Below the pieces are notes generated by a model, which worked only from the letters and a program-made list of their open reading frames with translations, made no database searches and had not been told where the DNA came from. A program made the translations under genes and the position numbers. Below are positions 58,867-64,000 of a stretch of DNA of 64,000 nt, in pieces (the stretch's first letter is position 1; each line of letters starts with the position of its first letter). Origin of the DNA: Deferribacterales bacterium (GTDB lineage Bacteria; Chrysiogenota; Deferribacteres; Deferribacterales; Geovibrionaceae); contig JBFWMA010000001.1 in the NCBI GenBank assembly GCA_050251875.1, positions 64,001 to 128,000 on the forward strand. Direction: 5' to 3'.

Positions 58867-59909
58867 TGCAGGAAGAGCTTACCCTATCATTTATCCTCGA
58901 AAAGGGGCTGGACACGGTCAATCTGATTGATGTCCGCTCGCCGTCTGAGTTTATCCACGACAATATTCCCATGTCCGTCAATATCCCTCTGCTGGATGAC
59001 GCCGAAAGAGCGCTGGTGGGCACATGCTATGTGCAGAAAGGACCGAAGGACGCCCGCATGCTGGGTGTGGACATAATCAGCCCTAAGCTCCCGCAGTTCG
59101 TCAGGCAGATCATGGAGGCATCGAAAGATCATAGGATGACTATCGCCTACTGCTGGCGGGGCGGTCTGCGCAGCGGAAGCACGGTGGGGCTGATGACGCT
59201 GACCGGTGTCAATATCTACCGTCTTCAGGGCGGTTACAAAGTTTTCAGAAACCATGTTAATGACTTCTTCTCCGGTTTTTCAGACGACTACAGCTTTATA
59301 AACCTGCACGGACCGACAGGCAGCGCCAAGACGCATGTTCTGCGCAGTCTGGAGGCGGAAGGGCTCCGGGTGCTCGATCTGGAAAAGGCTGCGAGCCATA
59401 AAGGATCTAACTTCGGAGATGTGGACGAGCCCGGATATGACACTGTGAATCAGAAGAATTTTGAGACAAAACTGTGGCACACGTTCTATAATAAAGGGGC
59501 GGGCGTTTATCTGGTGGAAGGCGAGAGCATGAAGATAGGCAGGGTGTCCATACCCCAGAAACTCTTCAGGCGAATGAACACCTGTATCAACGTGGTAGCG
59601 GACGTGCCTCTGGACGCCAGAATCCGCTTTACGGTGGACAATTATAAGCCTAATCTGTATATAGATGATATCAGGCGTTCACTGGACAGACTGAAAAAAT
59701 TCATAGGCAAATCCGGCGTGGACGAACTTTCGAAACTGCTGGATGTCAAAGATTACGAGACCTTTACAAAGATTCTGCTTGAGTCGTATTATGACCCCCT
59801 TTACAGGCGGTCTATACCCGAAAACCCTGACTATATGATCAGGTATGAAAATATTGAAGAGGGGAAAAAACAGCTTGAACAGATTTACATGGAAAATCAA
59901 ACTTCTTAG
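58866..59909 (+). CDS. selU: tRNA 2-selenouridine synthase
   Basis: IDVRSPSEF, YCWRGGLRS rhodanese motif, GPTGSAKT, LDLEKAASHKGSNFG, VEGES, YYDPLY. Confidence 0.94.
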   Translation: MQEELTLSFILEKGLDTVNLIDVRSPSEFIHDNIPMSVNIPLLDDAERALVGTCYVQKGPKDARMLGVDIISPKLPQFVRQIMEASKDHRMTIAYCWRGGLRSGSTVGLMTLTGVNIYRLQGGYKVFRNHVNDFFSGFSDDYSFINLHGPTGSAKTHVLRSLEAEGLRVLDLEKAASHKGSNFGDVDEPGYDTVNQKNFETKLWHTFYNKGAGVYLVEGESMKIGRVSIPQKLFRRMNTCINVVADVPLDARIRFTVDNYKPNLYIDDIRRSLDRLKKFIGKSGVDELSKLLDVKDYETFTKILLESYYDPLYRRSIPENPDYMIRYENIEEGKKQLEQIYMENQTS

Positions 59910-60606
59910 CCTCACTCTTTTTATACTTACCGCTTTCACCGCTTTTGCCGGAGACGATCCGATAAGCCGTGACGATGACCCCAGAATACCCGTGGGAGCG
60001 CAGGTGCTGGGAGCGATATTCGACAAACCCTACACAGTCAGAGGAATCACATATCACCGGATGAAATTCGTGAAAGCGTTTCATCAGGAGGGGATCGCTT
60101 CGTGGTACGGAAAGGAAGACCACGGCAAAAAGACCTCCAGCGGCGAGCGTTATAACATGTTCGATAAAACAGCGGCTCACAAACAGCTCCCCATGGGCAG
60201 TCTCGTCCGAGTGGACTGCAAGGAGACCGGAAAGTCCGTTGTGGTGCGTATAAACGACAGAGGACCCCATGTGCCGGGCAGAGTGATAGATTTGTCATAC
60301 ACAGCGGCGTCTGAGCTGGAGCTGATAGGCAAGGGGCTCACTAAGGTGGAACTGACCCTTATTAATCCGCAGGAAGAGATCCCGGAAGAGGGGCTCTATA
60401 CCGTTCAGCTCGCTTCATATTCCGTGCGGGGCAACGCAGAGGAGATAGCCGCCAGCATCCCGAATTCGTTCATCGAGTCGGCTGATGTGAACGGTGTTGA
60501 GTATTTTCGTATAAAAGTGAAAGGCTTTACAACCAGAGAGGACGCCGAGAGGTTTCAGCAGAATAATTCTGAAGCATTTCCCGGTGCGCTGGTTATAAGC
60601 GAATAA
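59845..60606 (+). CDS. rlpA: RlpA-family septal lytic transglycosylase with SPOR domain (start uncertain)
   Basis: PYTVRG, GIASWYG, TAAHKQLP, VRINDRGP, IDLS; C-terminal VQLASY. Confidence 0.9.
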   Translation: MKILKRGKNSLNRFTWKIKLLSLTLFILTAFTAFAGDDPISRDDDPRIPVGAQVLGAIFDKPYTVRGITYHRMKFVKAFHQEGIASWYGKEDHGKKTSSGERYNMFDKTAAHKQLPMGSLVRVDCKETGKSVVVRINDRGPHVPGRVIDLSYTAASELELIGKGLTKVELTLINPQEEIPEEGLYTVQLASYSVRGNAEEIAASIPNSFIESADVNGVEYFRIKVKGFTTREDAERFQQNNSEAFPGALVISE

Positions 60607-60615
60607 GGATAGATA

Positions 60616-61329
60616 ATGAGAGACAGCAGACAGAATGACGAAATGCGCAGGGTAGTTTTGACCCGTGATTATGTAAAGCATCCGGAAGGGTCGGTTCTGG
60701 TGGAGTTCGGAGAGACAAAGGTGCTGTGCAACGCCACTTTTTCTCAGGGCGTGCCTCCTTTTCTGAAAGATTCCGGCAGGGGCTGGGTCACTGCGGAATA
60801 CGCCATGCTCCCCCGTGCCACGCACACCAGAAACCAGAGAGAATCCAAAAGGGGCAAAGAGGACGGCAGAACTATGGAGATTTCCCGTCTGGTGGGGAGA
60901 AGCCTGAGAGCCGCCGTTGATTTCGAAAAACTGGGTGAAAACACCATAATAATAGACTGCGATGTTCTTCAGGCGGACGGAGGCACACGCACAGCCGCCA
61001 TCACAGGCGGTTTCTGCGCTCTGTGGATTGCCGGGGAAAAGATGGTGAAACAGGGTGTGCTGACCGAAAACCCCGTTCAGGGAAACGTATGCGCCGTGAG
61101 CGTGGGGATTGTGGACGGCGATCTCCTGCTGGATCTGGAATACACAGAGGACAGCGGAGCTGATGTCGATCTGAATCTGGTGGTTAAAGACGGAAAGGAT
61201 ATAATAGAGATACAGGGCTGTGCCGAGGGGATGGCATTCTCCAGAGACAGTCTGAACAACATGATAGACACAGCCTTTATCGGCATAAACACGCTGATAT
61301 CGGCGCAGAATAAATTATTGGGCAGATGA
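60616..61329 (+). CDS. rph: Ribonuclease PH
   Basis: [36 protein letters not shown]. Confidence 0.96.
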   Translation: MRDSRQNDEMRRVVLTRDYVKHPEGSVLVEFGETKVLCNATFSQGVPPFLKDSGRGWVTAEYAMLPRATHTRNQRESKRGKEDGRTMEISRLVGRSLRAAVDFEKLGENTIIIDCDVLQADGGTRTAAITGGFCALWIAGEKMVKQGVLTENPVQGNVCAVSVGIVDGDLLLDLEYTEDSGADVDLNLVVKDGKDIIEIQGCAEGMAFSRDSLNNMIDTAFIGINTLISAQNKLLGR

Positions 61330-61916
61330 TGAGAATATATGTAGCGACCAAAAATAAACACAAACTCAAAGAGATAGCTCAGATTCTGGAAGGTTATGAG
61401 GTGGTTAGCGCCCATGACTACATAGACGGCGATCTGGATGTGGCGGAGACCGGAAACACTTTTCTGGAGAACGCTTCACTGAAGGCGAAAGCGCTCTCCA
61501 GACTGCTGAACGGATATGTGATAGCGGATGATTCCGGGATATCCGTGGATGTTCTGGAGGGAGCGCCCGGGATTTACAGCGCCCGGTACGCCGGACCGAC
61601 AGCCTCAGACGCCGATAACAATGAGAAACTGCTCGCCGTGATGGAGCATGTGCCGGACGGAGAGCGTGGCGCCAGCTATGTCTGCGTGATAGCGCTCGCC
61701 ATAGGCGGAGCCGTGGAAAAAACCTTCGGCGGAATGTGTCAGGGCGAGATAGCCAGAGGATACAGAGGCGAGGGCGGATTCGGATATGACGTTATCTTCC
61801 TTCTGCCGGACGGACGCCACATGGCGGAGCTGTCTGACGAAGAGAAGAACAGCATCAGCCACCGCAACATGGCTCTTCAGTCTCTGAAAGAATACCTCGC
61901 GGGTAAGACAGGCTGA
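61326..61916 (+). CDS. rdgB: Non-canonical purine NTP pyrophosphatase
   Basis: [39 protein letters not shown]. Confidence 0.95.
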   Translation: MMRIYVATKNKHKLKEIAQILEGYEVVSAHDYIDGDLDVAETGNTFLENASLKAKALSRLLNGYVIADDSGISVDVLEGAPGIYSARYAGPTASDADNNEKLLAVMEHVPDGERGASYVCVIALAIGGAVEKTFGGMCQGEIARGYRGEGGFGYDVIFLLPDGRHMAELSDEEKNSISHRNMALQSLKEYLAGKTG

Positions 61917-61920
61917 CGAT

Positions 61921-63843
61921 ATGAGATACCTTTACCTTGCCGTCTTTATCTTGTCGGTGACGCTGTTTTTCACACTGTCGTGCGCCGGACTGCATAAGAA
62001 TGACAAGGTCGATCTGGCTCTGTATCCGTCTGATACGGAGAGCATTTTCATAACTGATAAAAAAACCAGAGCCGTCAGGATAATGTCCAGAGACGGAGTT
62101 CTGATGTATAGAAAGATATTCGAGATGGCTGAGCCCATGCCGTCTTATGTTCCCGCCGATATGCTTCTGATGATGAACTATGCCGGAGAGCATATTCTCC
62201 AGTGCGACAGACCCTCTCAGGATGATTATGACATGCTGAACGAATACGGCATACCTCTGGAGGGACTGCGTGACTGTTTTGTCATCGCTCTGGCGCAGAA
62301 GGCGTCTTCCATCTATTCCGCCAATCCCAATAAAAAGCTGATAATGTATAAAACAGCCGCCGAGCTGATGAGAAAATACGGCGTGGACAGGCTTTATAAC
62401 GCTTATCTGGCGAACGCCTATATGCAGAATGACGTATGGGGCATGCAGTCGGCATCGCTCTATTATTTCGATAAACCCATAGACGCCATAGAGCCCAGTC
62501 AGACGCTGTGGCTGATGTCTCTGCTGACGCTGGGATATCTGCCGGAGACAGACAGAGACGGTTTTTACGGACGGATGGCGGATTTCTCCGGCTATGTAAC
62601 GTCCGTGGGCAGACAGAACTATGACAAACCGTATCTGAACATAGAATACAGGCAGCCCACGGAGCTGATCGCCTATCCGCAGTTCACCTCGCTGGTTCTT
62701 CAGGAGATGGAGGCGAGGGGCATAAAGCCCATAGGCGAACTGACGGTGGTCTCCGGAATCAGCATGGCGGCGGTGAAGGCGGCGGAAGAGGCAGTGGCGG
62801 AGAGACTGGCAAAATATCCCGAAGGCATCAACATAGCGCTCGCCGTGGTGAACTATGAGGATTCTACCATAGAGGCGCTGGCGGCAAGCAGTAAGACCCG
62901 CTACAGAACCATGCAGATGAAAAGGCAGATCGGTTCGACATTCAAGCCGATGGTCTATGTGACCGCATTTGCCAACGGGTTCAGACCGAATCAGCTTATT
63001 CTGGACAAGCAGTACGAATACAAAAACCATGGAAAGCCATACAGTCCCGCCAATTTCGAGGATTATTACATGGGCGTGATTCCTTTAAGAAAGGGGCTGG
63101 TCTTCTCTCTGAACAACGCCACCATAAGGCTGGGGCTTCTCGCCGGGCTGAAAAACGTGGCGGACACGGCGAAGGGGCTGGGCATGGAATACGACATCAA
63201 ACCCTATCTGGCTATGCCTCTGGGGATATTTCCCGTCACCCCGCTGAATCTGGCTAAGGTTTACGCCGCTCTGGGAAATTACGGGGTGAAGAGCGATGTC
63301 GGATTTATTATGGATGTGAGAGACGCCGGAGGCAGACCGGTGTATTTCGATAAAAAAATTCCTGAGAGGATAGTGCCGGAGACAGCCGCCTTTCAGGTGC
63401 TTCACATCATGCAGGATGTGCCGAGAATAGGCACAGCCAGAGGCAGCGGGCTGAAGCTCGGCACCGCCGCGAAAACAGGCACCACGGACGAATATAAGGA
63501 CGCCTGGACTGTGGCTGTTTTTCCTCCCTACGCTGTTGTGGCGTGGGTGGGTTATGACGACTCCAGAAGCATGGGGGAGAAAGGCACGGGAGGCGCTATG
63601 GCGGCTCCGGTTATAGCCGCTTTTCAGAGAAGAATATTGCCGGAAGGTCAAAAAATAGATTTTAAAGTTCCTCAAGGTATTGTATTAAAGTATATAGATT
63701 CATACCGTGGCGCCGTGGCGGGAAATCTCTGCCGCAGCCGGCGTATGATCGAGGAAGCATTCGCGGAGGACAACATGCCTGCGGACTGTGAGGTCATTCA
63801 GGCGGAGTCCGGGAAAAACTTGATTAAGACCGCTAAGAATTAA
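61921..63843 (+). CDS. Class-A-like penicillin-binding protein: degenerate transglycosylase domain, intact transpeptidase
   Basis: STFK, SLN, KTGT transpeptidase motifs; GT51 remnants YLANAY..GMQSASLYYFDK but no EDxxFxxHxG or GxSTITQQ. Confidence 0.8.
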   Translation: MRYLYLAVFILSVTLFFTLSCAGLHKNDKVDLALYPSDTESIFITDKKTRAVRIMSRDGVLMYRKIFEMAEPMPSYVPADMLLMMNYAGEHILQCDRPSQDDYDMLNEYGIPLEGLRDCFVIALAQKASSIYSANPNKKLIMYKTAAELMRKYGVDRLYNAYLANAYMQNDVWGMQSASLYYFDKPIDAIEPSQTLWLMSLLTLGYLPETDRDGFYGRMADFSGYVTSVGRQNYDKPYLNIEYRQPTELIAYPQFTSLVLQEMEARGIKPIGELTVVSGISMAAVKAAEEAVAERLAKYPEGINIALAVVNYEDSTIEALAASSKTRYRTMQMKRQIGSTFKPMVYVTAFANGFRPNQLILDKQYEYKNHGKPYSPANFEDYYMGVIPLRKGLVFSLNNATIRLGLLAGLKNVADTAKGLGMEYDIKPYLAMPLGIFPVTPLNLAKVYAALGNYGVKSDVGFIMDVRDAGGRPVYFDKKIPERIVPETAAFQVLHIMQDVPRIGTARGSGLKLGTAAKTGTTDEYKDAWTVAVFPPYAVVAWVGYDDSRSMGEKGTGGAMAAPVIAAFQRRILPEGQKIDFKVPQGIVLKYIDSYRGAVAGNLCRSRRMIEEAFAEDNMPADCEVIQAESGKNLIKTAKN

Positions 63844-63871
63844 ATTCCCGGCGGGAAAAGGACAGGAAGAT

Positions 63872-64000
63872 ATGGAAAACATTTATCTGATCGGATTCAT
63901 GGGGACAGGAAAAAGCACAGTGGGCAGGATGATTGCTCAGGATCTTGGACTGAAATTTGTAGATACCGATAAAATGGTAGAAGATAAAACAGGCAAAGCT
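63872..64000 (+). CDS. aroK: Shikimate kinase, 3' truncated by window edge
   Basis: MENIYLIGFMGTGKSTVG..FVDTD. Confidence 0.9.
   Translation, partial: MENIYLIGFMGTGKSTVGRMIAQDLGLKFVDTDKMVEDKTGKA

Overview
Bacterial chromosomal window of roughly 50% GC (by eye), probably from a Deferribacterales-like anaerobe (inferred from gene content, not verified). Left to right: jag, YHS protein, tal, PhzF-family protein; an orphan PAS histidine kinase; a DUF4412-like protein; a split three-gene glutamate-synthase-like operon; a small phage-like module (CII-like HTH, Cas2/VapD-like protein, candidate sRNA); a membrane-anchored lipase; a ~22 kb surface-glycan locus (14255-36338) with Wzm/Wzt, a WbdD-like methyltransferase, an apparently NeuB-less CMP-ulosonic-acid cassette, fcl, twin AT3-SGNH acyltransferases and an initiating phosphoglycosyltransferase; a speA-CASDH-nspC-speB polyamine operon; a nickel-type ECF transporter with a NikR-like operator; RND efflux, mntP, glgA; tRNA-fMet; pepA; a PglB/STT3-like protein with a degenerate WWDxG motif; LysR-selU-rlpA-rph-rdgB; a PBP with a degenerate transglycosylase domain; and partial aroK. 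The strongest unexplained signal is a dispersed family of 90-130 nt structured elements (5 copies, 4 loci). Each lies in the 3' region of a gene and is capped at both ends by hairpins whose stems vary in sequence but keep pairing, with conserved A(N)GGA loops resembling CsrA/RsmA sites. Two loci carry duplicated gene 3' ends and bracket the glycan locus. No CRISPR array, transposase, integrase or reverse transcriptase is visible.
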